A stretch of 64,000 bases of DNA from the NCBI GenBank assembly GCA_977017645.1, contig OZ360228.1:82212001-82276000 (forward strand), read 5' to 3'. Both the position numbers and the translations under genes were made by a program. This DNA comes from Torpedo marmorata. Lineage: Eukaryota. The notes below the pieces were generated by a model. It was not told where the DNA came from. It searched no databases and saw only the letters and a program-made list of their open reading frames with translations. Shown piece by piece: positions 26,559-37,259 of the stretch; the stretch's first letter is position 1, and every line of letters starts with the position of its first letter.

Positions 26559-26725
26559 TGATTGACAGTTCACCGTGGAAATCACGGCGACGGGCGGTCG
26601 CTGCACAAATGGGGAGAGGCCTTCGCCTGTGATTGGCAGCTGGGGAGGGGCTGGTGCGTGTGATGAAGGGTTGGGGCGGAGCCGGCGCGTGTGATTGGCA
26701 GCGGGGACGGGTCCCGCTGACGTCG
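26559..26725 (+). promoter_or_regulatory. Candidate proximal promoter of BMP4
   Basis: TGATTGACAG 26559-26568; two TGTGATTGGCAGC (inverted CCAAT) at 26628 and 26690; GC box GGGGCGGAGC 26673-26682; CRE-like TGACGTCG 26718-26725; GC/CpG-rich and directly upstream of the conserved 5' UTR exon. Confidence 0.65.
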
Positions 26726-26759
26726 AGGAGAGGAAGCGGAGACGGCTCATTATATTCAA

Positions 26760-26891
26760 ATACTGTTCCAGGAGGGATTCGACAATACGTAGCCGAGCGG
26801 CCAGCTCCAGAGTCCCTGAGCTTTTCAAGAACTTGTCCAAGATCGGCTGTCAAGAATCATGGATTGTTTTCGTCTGCCTTGTTTTCTGTCA
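26760..26891 (+). other. BMP4: BMP4 5' UTR exon (5' boundary uncertain)
   Basis: CAAGATCGGCTGTCAAGAATCATGGA...TGCCTTGTTTTCTGTCA resembles the mammalian BMP4 leader exon as I recall it; donor GTGAGT at 26892; splices to acceptor CAG at 27521-27523. Confidence 0.8.
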
Positions 26892-27530
26892 GTGAGTAGA
26901 CCTTTTTGTACTTTTCTAATGGCTGGGAGGGATTTCATTATCCATCTGTTTGTACACTAACAATGTGTGTGTGTGTTTAACTATTTATTCGATTTCTCCC
27001 TTAGCTTGTACTTGCGATCATTTCCTACATGATTAATTGTAGCTCTCTGTTGGGTGAGACTATGGCTCTTTGCACTTGTGCCTTGGTTGTCAGAAAGCAA
27101 TTAAGGAAATGTTGTGCCAATAGAGCGGAGATAATCAACTTGCTCGATGTGAAAGACGTGAAAGTGAACACAATGAAAGTAAAACTATTTTGACACTAAA
27201 GGAACGTGTACCCCCCCCCCATCCATCTCCACCATTCTCAACAATTATGGGCCGTTCGATAAGATGCCCGTTGCAGGATTTTTTTGGTGTCGCTTCCAAA
27301 AAAGCAGCCTATGATAATTACTAAGATAGTGAAAACACAGAGTAACAGGATGGTGCTATCTGCCTGATTATGGGCTATTTAACTGTAACCGAGAGAGACC
27401 ATGTAATTATACCTCTTCTCCCACTCTCTTTTTCTGCGTCGTGCGCTCTCTCTCTCTGGGGCGTGGATTGAAGATCACCCTTAATTCTCATTTTTTTTTA
27501 TTGTTGCTTGTTTTGCTCTGCAGAGACACC

Positions 27531-27882
27531 ATGATTCCTGGTAACCGAATGCTGATGGTAATTTTATTATGCCAAGTCTTGCTGGGAGGTAATGCTAGTC
27601 TGATACCAGAGGAAGGAAGGAAAAAGTTTGCAGAACAAAACCAGGCTGGTGGACGTCGCTCTCCGCAAAACTATGAACTGCTGCGGGAATTCGAGGCCAC
27701 TTTACTCAATATGTTGGGACTCCACCGGCGCCCACAGCCGAGTAAATCTGCCGTGGTTCCCCAGTACATGCTGGATCTATACAGACTCCAGTCTGGGGAC
27801 GAGGTCACCCATGACATTAGCTTCGAGTATCCCGAGAGACCCACCAGCCGGGCCAACACCGTGAGGAGCTTTCACCATGAAG
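27531..27882 (+). CDS. BMP4: Bone morphogenetic protein 4, coding exon 1 (signal peptide and N-terminal prodomain)
   Basis: [20 protein letters not shown]...[12 protein letters not shown] is the diagnostic BMP4 N-terminus; acceptor ...CTCTGCAG at 27523; phase-1 donor GT at 27883. Confidence 0.97.
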
Positions 27883-28359
27883 GTATTGGACCATCAACCA
27901 CTGTACGAAAAACACAGATTTTTCTTTTTGTTTGAGTGATAATGATAGCAGAACATGGCGGGAGTTTAATATGAAGTGTATACAGGGGTAATTTATTTCA
28001 GTGGGTTTCTGTGCAGCATTATGACCACGGGAGATGAGGTTAATTGCCAATATACTTTAGAACATCTTTCGACCGCGTATATGATCTTAAAATGTAAATA
28101 TATATGTGTGTGTATATAAGTATGTATATTTCGCAAAATATATATACTGTATAAACACACACACGTGTGTTGTGTGTGTCTGTGCGCTCTCATCGCTTTC
28201 GTCCATTGTTTTTTTTTGAGGACGACCAGCTTTGCAAGGCGGGTCTTTGTTGGCCTGCTCTCGGTCTGCTAACAAACGTTAGTTTAGTCCAGGGATATGC
28301 ACACTTTACTTGGGTGAATCGGATTCTAAGGGTTGTCTTTCATTTCTGTTGTGGAACAG

Positions 28360-29198
28360 AACACTTGGAGCTGATGCCAGGGCAAAAGGAAGACACCCAA
28401 CTTCGTTTTGTGTTTAATATCAGCGCGGTGCCCGAGAATGAGGTGCTCTCGTCGGCAGAACTGAGGCTGTATCGAGAACAAATCGACACCGTTTTGAACT
28501 GGAACGAAGGTTTCCATCGCATCAATGTTTATGAAATCATGAGAACCCCCAGCGAGAAGGGCGACCTCATCACCAGACTCCTCGACACCAGACTGGTCCA
28601 CCAGAACAGGACGCGATGGGAGAGCTTCGACGTGAGCCCAGCTGTGCTCAGATGGACCTTGCAGAAACAACCCAACCACGGGCTGGCCGTCGAGGTGATT
28701 CACCTGAACGAAACAAAAAGCCGGCAAGGTATGCACGTGCGGATTAGCAGGTCGCTTCACCAGAGGCACGGCGACTGGTCTCAGTTCAGACCCTTGCTTG
28801 TAACCTTCAGCCACGATGGCAAAGGACATGCTCTGATCCGGAGGGTGAAACGTAGTAGCAAAGGCCAGAAACGCAGGAAGAACAGATCGCACTGCAGGAG
28901 GCACTCTCTCTACGTGGATTTTAGCGACGTGGGCTGGAATGACTGGATAGTGGCACCGCCTGGTTACCAGGCTTTCTACTGTCACGGAGACTGCCCCTTT
29001 CCACTGGCAGATCATCTGAACTCTACTAATCATGCTATCGTGCAAACGCTTGTAAACTCTGTAAATTCCAACATCCCCAAGGCTTGCTGTGTCCCTACAG
29101 AACTCAGTCCCATATCCATGCTCTACTTGGACGAATACGATAAAGTTGTTCTGAAAAACTATCAGGAGATGGTTGTGGAGGGATGTGGGTGCCGCTGA
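28360..29198 (+). CDS. BMP4: Bone morphogenetic protein 4, coding exon 2 (rest of prodomain and mature TGF-beta domain); spliced CDS 1191 nt, 396 aa
   Basis: Acceptor AACAG at 28359; furin sites RISR (28740-28751) and RVKR (28842-28853); 7-cysteine domain [37 protein letters not shown]...[13 protein letters not shown]; stop TGA 29196-29198. Confidence 0.98.
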
Positions 29199-29262
29199 AA
29201 AAAATAATAATTGACTTTTTATAATGTCTGGACACTAATTGTAACAGGCGTTCGCCATTACA

Positions 29263-29368
29263 TTATTTATGACCTATGTGCAAATGTTGACCATATGATC
29301 ATATATTTTGACAAAATATATTTATAACTACATATAAAAGGAAAATAAAATTGAGTCATATTTTAAAC
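29263..29368 (+). promoter_or_regulatory. BMP4 3' UTR AU-rich block and polyadenylation signal
   Basis: AATAAA 29344-29349; ATTTA at 29265 and 29320; palindrome ATATATTTTG-A-CAAAATATAT 29301-29321. Confidence 0.75.
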
Positions 29369-32300
29369 GTAAGAAATTTCTGTACTACGTCTTTGTTAAA
29401 CTGTTTATTAGAATGTATGGAATATATACATAAATATTAAGTGTGTTATTTATTATTTCCCCCTCTGGGATTAAGTACAGTATGCAGAGCTAGAAATCCT
29501 GACAGAATTTTATTGTTTCTTTATTCTCTAAAAGGAAGCGCTTTAAGCGGTGTCATTCTTTTGTTAAGATGCTGATTTGTAAAAGGTGTGAACGGAGATT
29601 AACAGGTGAATATGAAAAAAAGGCAACGTCCAGTTCTTCTGCTAAAACAATTGGTGCAAATGGACGATTAGCCAAAAAAAAAAATCTGATGAATTTCCCG
29701 AAAGAGACGGATCCCGTTGAAACTAAAGATTGTCGAGAAATAAGAAATCTAAATGACTTGATCTGCTTTCCTCTTTTCATACATGATTGTCATTCACTTC
29801 AACGGTGTTTCAGACCCTGAGAAAAGAGTGCCTTGAAACGATCAAAAAAGCACGTTTGGTCGTACCATAAATTACATCCTTGTTTGAAATCATCCCCCTT
29901 CTACCGAAGCAAATGTGAAACCGAATTTATCCCGTGATTTAACTTAAAATTTGTTGAATTCTCCTCCTTTCAGTCACAGCACAGTTGTCACCAGGGCTTA
30001 CTGTATTACGATGTTCACCCTTTCATCTGCCCTCTTCTTTCCCTCCCCCATCCAGTGACTGTAAGAAGTTTTGCCTCCGAGCAATTCATTGTCAAACGAA
30101 TTGAAGGAAGGTAGCGAGAGGGTTAGCAGATGTTAATCAAGGTTGCATGTAGGCTTGATTTTTTTTTGGAGATGTTGAAATGAAGACTGGTTAGGCCCAA
30201 AAGGGATCCAGCAGGCTTAAAACTCAAAAGAAATCTGCAAGAATTGCCTAAGCCTGCGCTCCCTGGAGTGTGCAGGTGGAGAGAGCAGATCAGAGCCTCA
30301 GGCCAAGACATCCATGCTCCGCAATTTACTCTCAACCCTGTTAGTTTTCAAATGTGGCCAACTTGGATAAATCGTTAAAAAGGATTTGATGATTGCATTC
30401 CCCCAGGAAACATTTGTTTTCGTTCCACATAATATCCTAAACTGTACACCATGGGAGGGGAAGGGAATCGACTTTCATGTATGAAATTTTTTGAATCTCA
30501 TTTTCGCCGTTAGCAAAACTTGTTCAGCCGATCTTGCCGGGTCGCCTTGTGCAAGTGACTTTGTTTTCTTTAATGAATAGAAACAACTTAATTTTAAATC
30601 AAGGTTAACGGCGAGACCATTGTCATGTGGACTGAAATTATACGTGTTTTTTAAAGAGCAAAATGTAATTTTAACACTTGTAGATTATTATAAATTTTGC
30701 CGCAGTGTTTAAACTGAGCTCAGATGCTTGGCTTTGATAAAATACTTCAGGAACAGTTAAGTATCGAGTTGGTTTAGTGAAGTGCCCGCTCGCAATCTGG
30801 TTTGGTGTTGCATAAAAATACCAGGAGGCGGAAGACGTCTTTGCTGTGTTTAAATGTTTCTGGTTTCTACCTTCAAAGTTTGTGTGTGGTCTGCTTGTGC
30901 TTTTAAATATAAATTATAAATATTTAATGACAGCCAGTAAACAAGCTAATCATTTTTGTTTGTAGATGAACGGCTCTGGTATGTCTGTTTCCAAGGACAA
31001 TAACCTTTGATTGACGGATTGTTTATTTAGATTTTTAACCCAAAACGCGGTGCAAGTAAGTAATTTGTAGGTCTACTGCTTTTTGAGTAAGTGCTTCACC
31101 ATATCGAAGAGCAACCATCCGAACGCTTTTGTTTAGAATACATGAGTTATTTTCACTGCATTTGGAACCGAATGAGGAGGGTGGATATTGGGGTAGCTGC
31201 CGGGCGCTATGGTTACATACATTTCAATTGCAAATAGAGTTTTATGGAAGCCTTTGTAGTTTCCTCTCGTGATGCTCTTCGGCCATAGTCCCTTCTCCTT
31301 GGTGGCTAACTCAACTCCACATTTATACAATGTACATACACTGTAACCCTCAACATATAATCCAGAAGGTGCGGCGCTAGCGGCAGAGTTGAAAACCCGC
31401 CCTGTTCCAATTTCTCCCGCTGCAAAGCGAACAACCCCTCCTTAAATCTCAAATTTCTCGGACTCGCAGCCTAAATCGGAGTTTCCCACAATCTCCAACG
31501 TCCGGTCTGAGGGAGCTGACCCCTTCTTCTTTCAGCCAGTTGTCTAGGACGCAATGTTTATGCTTCCAAAACGCCAGAAATAAATAATTATCCGAAATCT
31601 CCTTTCCGCCCAACCTTCGTACTATCTCATAAGATAGAATGTCCCGAGGCTAGGACTTGCTGCCTCCCCTTTGATATCAGGCATAACCATGCCAAAGGAA
31701 GAATTTCATTTTGAAGTGGCAATAAGCTGATGGGAGTGCTTTTCAGCTGTTTGACAGTGCAATTACACACATTTCAACTGATACGCTTCATTCAGATAAC
31801 ATCGCCCTACCATTACAAAATCTGGAATGGTAATTGTCTGGTAGCTCATTACCCCAACACTCAATTCTCTGAGCTACAAGGAAGGCAAGCACACATTCAT
31901 TAAAACGCTTCAGGAAATGAAGCTCGGGTTTTCCTACATATGTGCATACCTCTCTAGACATCTTAGCGCCATAAGAAAACGTTTGAAGCTATTAACTGAT
32001 TGTAACATTACACTTCTGTATTTCAGCTATGGCCTTCGCACCAGTCTTATTTTCATCGCGTTGTCTCTATGGTAGTGTGCACACCCAAACCTTATCATCA
32101 GTTTGTAAATAATTTTAGTTTCAAAGTCGTTTCTTTGTTCCAATTCGATAGCATTCAACAAGCTACAACACGTAGAATGTTTGGCTCATTTCAAGCAGAA
32201 TGTAGACTTAAAAGCAAAATAGTTGTATTATCATATATTGAATAGTCTTAATGTGTACACATTTGAAGTTAACCTCGATTGTTTACTTGGTGTTATTTTA

Positions 32301-32894
32301 ATCACAAAATTGATTTACATGCAGTAATTAACAGGCAGCAACATCTCTTGTGTAGGGTAAAAGATGATAAGTCCCTCTTAGATTCCTTTTTGCTCAAATT
32401 ATTCAATTAGATATTTAATTTGCAAATTCTTTATTTAATTTTTACACCTAACAATGGTTACCTTTTTCATAAAGGATTTAGGTCTGTAAATTGCAGTTGA
32501 AATGGCATACATATGCTGATAATCACATAAATTTTATTCTTGTTAGGAGTTTCAGCCATGAATAATACTGCATGGTTTTGTGATAAACAGTTGTAATGAC
32601 AGTTAGGTATGTATAATTCCTCACAAACATATTCTCATTAGCAGATAGAATCCACATACATTCAGCTTGGTTTGCAACAGATCCAGTGTGGGAAATATGA
32701 GCTTTGAAAGAAATTCTACAGCCATATTTATTTGTTAACCTTTTCCTTTTGTGGTGACCTGCAGATTGTTAAAAAAGTAATATTGCTTGTTGTATTACAG
32801 AATGAGTGGCATCAGACTCATAAACTGTTTAACTTTGTTAATATTTTAAAAAAAATCTAGTTTGGAAAACCCAAACCCATTTGAATACTTTTGA

Positions 32895-33115
32895 AGCAGA
32901 GAAAGAATTGCTGGAGGAATTTAGCAGGTCAGACATACAGCATTTAATGGTAGAAATGGTTGGTCAATGTTTCCTATTTTATCTTAGTCTTGGTAAAGGG
33001 TTCGGACTCAAATTGTTGACTGACCATTTCTACCCATGGATCCTGTCTGACCTGTTGAGATCTTCCAGCAATTCTTTGTCTGCTCGATTTCAGCATCTGC
33101 AGTCTATGTATTTTT
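32895..33115. mobile_element. Old inverted Penelope-like termini
   Basis: GCTGGAGGAATTTAGCAGGTCAGAC...TCTGACCTGTTGAGATCTTCCAGC; decayed hammerhead region between them. Confidence 0.55.
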
Positions 33116-35280
33116 CTCAATATTTCTGAAATGCATGTTAATATTCACCAATATAAATTGCTACATAATTTGTTAAACAATATTGAAGTGGATACTGACC
33201 TGCTGTATGTGTCTTTCATTGAAGCATCGTTAGAATTCACTTGAGATTATTCATTCAGTTAATTTAAAAGATGTTCATTCGAAATCATTTAGCTGGATGT
33301 GTATTATAACATTCACAATAAATAAGTGTCCCTGTATTTGGGAAGAATGTTTAAAATGTCAGTATTACTTTTAAGAGGACACTCTTAGTAATAGTTGAAT
33401 TGTTATTGGCTAAATAATATTTTTTTATATAACCATCAAATATCATTACAACAAAATTTGAAAAGTTTTTCTTTTCACAGTAGGCTGCAATGTGATACCA
33501 TGCAGCCCAGAAGGTCATAGGTTGAGCCCTAATCTGATTTTGTCCATTTCAGCTGACATTGATTCTGAGTTACAACAGTCAGTTACAGTCATGTGAATTG
33601 GATTATGAAAAATGGTTAGGCACTTGAATGCTTTTTCTAACCTTTGGTAGAAGATTTTTTTTTTGGCTTATTATTTCCCCCCCCCCCCAAGATATGATCT
33701 GCCAACATGCTTACTTTGGGACTATATCATTGAGTGAAAATTAAGAAAGTTATTGGATGACTGCCAGTATCCGTGGGGCCTTACCCAGCACCAGTTACTT
33801 GGGTTAGAAAGGGAGAACCTGAAACTTTATTAATTAGGAAAATATCAAATCAATAATTCATAGAACTGGTTTAAATCAGATTCATTTATTTTTAAAATAT
33901 TATGGTAATTTATCCACTGCTATGAACAAATTGCAAAAGTGTAATATTGATGAGGTGTGTAACTATACACAAAGGCTGATCATAATTTCACAACAGCCTG
34001 CTTGTCCTCTGTGGACAAACAATAAAGCTTCTCCTATTTACTTAATGATGAATTACCCCATCCTAATACAAGTAAAAATTAAGAAAAAAACTTTGGTTGA
34101 CAAAAAACCAAAAGGTGTTATTTAAATATAATTTGCTGAGGGCTTCACAATCAACTACCTAAATGCCTACTTGAACATAAATTGTTTTAAAATATGAGTG
34201 GAAATTCTTCATATGAGAAAAAGACACAGAAACTGACATGGTTATGATCATTTACCATTTTTGCAGAATGAAAGATGAAATAAAATTTTCTGTTGCATAA
34301 TTTTAAATTTGATTACATTTTCTTCACATATTAGAACATAGAACATTACATTACAGCACAGTACAGGCCCTTCAGCCCCTTGATGTTGTACTGATCTATA
34401 TAAATTTACTCAACAATTTAAACCTTCCCTACCTCACACATAATGTTCCACATTTTTCACCAGAAAAGGTACAGTATTTAGGTTGAGAATATATATTTTT
34501 TTCCATTGGAAATCAAAGAATGCATTAAATATTAGAAACATTTTTCATCCAGCAGTGTGGCCAAAAAAAGCAGATATTTGTTCATTGAATCAACTGAAAT
34601 GGGTTGGTAGATGGGTTCATCATTCTTGAGCCCTAATATAGTATTTGTCCAATTATAACATAGAATATAGAAATCTACAGCACAGTACAGGCCCTTCGGC
34701 CCACAGTGGTGTGCCAACTTAACCTACAACTGCCTAGAATTTCCCTACCGCATAACCCTTCATAACTGGGTTTCTAGGAATGTTGAAGATTACACAATTA
34801 TTGTATTGTTGCGTTATTCTTTTTGTATTTCTTTATGGACTATTTGTTTTTGAGCTTTCTGATAGAATTTGTTTGAAAGCAGTTGTAGGAATGAGAAGTG
34901 ATTGACCTTATTAACCCTAACCTGCCATTTTCCCTTTGTTTTCTTATTGCTGCTGAATAATGCTGGGGTTAAGATCCTGCAGTGACTACAGTCACTGGTA
35001 ATTTACTAAGTAGCATTTCTGTCTGTATGAAAACAAGAGTTTTTGAAATGAGTCGGATACATTTTTCATTCGGTTTTTGTACATGTATAGTTTCAAACAA
35101 ATGTAACTGACTAGCAGTTAGAAGCAGGTATGTTGATTGAGTACTTCAAGGTCATGGATGTTACAGATTGTGAAAGCTTGGGTCTCCATGAGATAATGGG
35201 ATGTCCTTGCAATAGCGGAAGGGCAACAAAGATTCACCAGATCAGTGCAGCCAGGTTGAGCAGATTAGATCTGTACCGTA

Positions 35281-35532
35281 GCAGCATGGTTAGCATAGCG
35301 GTTAGTGCAACACTGTTACAGCGCCAGAGAATGGGGTTCGAATACGGCGCTGTCTGTAAGAAGTTTGTACATTCTCCCCCTGTCTGCGTAGGTTTCCTCC
35401 GGGTGCTCTGATTTCCTCCCACCCTTTAAAAAGCGTACCGGGTTGTAGGTCAATTGGGTGTAATTGGGCAGAACGGGCTCATGGGCCGGAAGGGCCTGTT
35501 ACCGTGCTGTATGTCTAAAAATGTTTTTAAAT
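35281..35532 (+). mobile_element. tRNA-derived V-type (HE1-like) SINE
   Basis: A-box TAGCATAGCGG, B-box GGTTCGAATAC, V-core and tail. Confidence 0.9.
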
Positions 35533-35657
35533 CTCTAGAAATAGATGACTTCGATGAAACTTGCTAATGTCTGACAGGCCTTGAAAAGGCAGATACAAGG
35601 AAGGTGTTTCTCCTGGGTGAGTAATCTAGAAATAGAGCTAAGAGTCCAAAACTAAGG

Positions 35658-36205
35658 AGAGCACCTCCTCTCCGTCCGCAACAATAGTGACCTCCCAGTA
35701 GCCAGCCATTTCAATTCCGAGTCACAGTCCCACACTCACATGTCTGTCCATGGCCTTATGTACTATCCCACCCAGACTACCCGCAAATTGGAGGAACATC
35801 ATCTCATTTTCCGTCTGGGCACTCTCTAGCCAGATGGCATTAACATTGACTTTTGTGCTTTCCACTAAACCTGCTTGTCTTTTCCTTCCCCTCCCCCCTC
35901 ACCTGTCCTTCCTGTTTTTTTCCACCCACCCAGCCATCCCTCCTCACCCTCTTTGCTGCTGTCCCCTCCCTCCTTTCTCCATCTATCATCTCCTGCCTTT
36001 TCCACCCCCCCCCCCTTCCCCCCTCACTCTTTTGTTCGGACGCCTGCCGGCATTTTCTCATAGTTTGATGAAGGGCTCAAGCCCGAAACGTCGGTTATGT
36101 ATTTCTACCTTTGCTACATAAAAGACACTGTTTGACCTGCTGAGTTTCTCCAGCATTTGTGTTTTTTACTTCAACCACGGTGTCTACAGATTTTTGTGTT
36201 TTACT
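35658..36205 (+). mobile_element. Penelope-like element 3' part inserted in a CR1 fragment (about 35535-36480)
   Basis: 13-bp TSD TCCAAAACTAAGG at 35645-35657 and 36206-36218; EHLLSVR...LPVASHFNS and KLEEHHLIFRLG motifs; hammerhead-like core 36065-36092. Confidence 0.88.
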
Positions 36206-36705
36206 TCCAAAACTAAGGGCTAGGCTATTTAGGACTGAGGTGAGGAGAAATGTCTTCATTCAGATGGTGAACCTTTGGAAATACCCTACTCTTGAGGGTT
36301 ATGCTGGCTCAGTCATTGAGTTCATTCAAAACAAAAAAATATATAGATTTCCAGATATTAAGGGAATCCAAGGTTCTGGGAAACTGTTGGAAAATGGTGC
36401 TTAGCTAGAAAATCAACCATGATGATGAATAGGCTGGATAGGTTTGACACGCCAAATGTCAATTTCTGCTCATAATCCTCATACTCCATCTATTGAAATG
36501 GCAACTTTAACTAATCTCCAACATACTGGAAGTCAGTTTTGGTGTTACCGAGAATGAGCACTTCACCACAAGATCAAGTTTTGCACATACTCCCAAAACA
36601 TTTCTTGCTACTACGCCCACCCCCCCCCCCACCTCATGTCATTTGAATACTTATCAATAAATAATCAGATACAGAACTTAAGTAATTTAATACAACCGAA
36701 TCGAG

Positions 36706-37090
36706 TTAAAAGCACGGAATACCTGAAAATTTCAATGGCTACTATTAACACAAAATTAAAAAGATGACTGTGAATTGTGGAAATTTGTTATAATAAGATG
36801 ATGAAAAACAGCAAAATGTCAAAATCATTACTGGGCCTGTGATTTAAATCCTGGGTCCACCCTTCATCCCTGTATTTCTCATCTAAATGTTCATTCTGAT
36901 CATTAACAGTTAGATGAGAAATACAGGGGTGAAGGGTGGACCCAGGATTTAAATCACAGGCCCAGTAATGATTTTGACATTTTGCTGTTTTTCATCATCG
37001 TATTATAACAAATTTCCACAATTCATAGTCATTTTTTTCATTTTGTGTTAATAGTAGCCATTTAAATTTTCAGGTATTCCGTGCTTTTAA
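36706..37090. repeat. Long near-perfect palindrome: 186-bp arms, 13-nt loop
   Basis: 36706-36891 pairs with 36905-37090; about 7 mismatches by eye. Confidence 0.95.
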
Positions 37091-37163
37091 TCACAGAGCA
37101 CCTACGGCATAGGGATTACTTAAAGTGGTATGTGAGTGGAAAGAAAATGTTTGAAAACCACTG
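37088..37163. mobile_element. Right half of the hAT MITE, fused to the palindrome
   Basis: TAATCACAGAGCACCTACGGCATAGGGATTACTTAAAGTGGTATGTGAGTGG...TTTGAAAACCACTG, same family as 119-493 and 23357-23818. Confidence 0.9.
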
Positions 37164-37259
37164 GTTTAGATGATCAAAAATCATCAGGTTTTAATTGTAA
37201 ACTGTAGAGACACATCATTCATTCACCATCACTTTTCTTGATATCCAATCATTTCTAAA

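Noticed and set aside
28167-28359. N-terminal part of the 343-aa ORF, and the extensions of ORF 27441..27935
   Set aside because: Intronic read-through outside the AG/GT splice sites; BMP4 homology covers only 27531-27882 and 28360-29198
28326-29045. 239-aa minus-strand ORF
   Set aside because: Antisense shadow of BMP4 exon 2; no recognisable motifs
27531-29198. Alternative assignment as BMP2 or BMP16
   Set aside because: [10 protein letters not shown] start, [10 protein letters not shown] and [14 protein letters not shown] are BMP4-type
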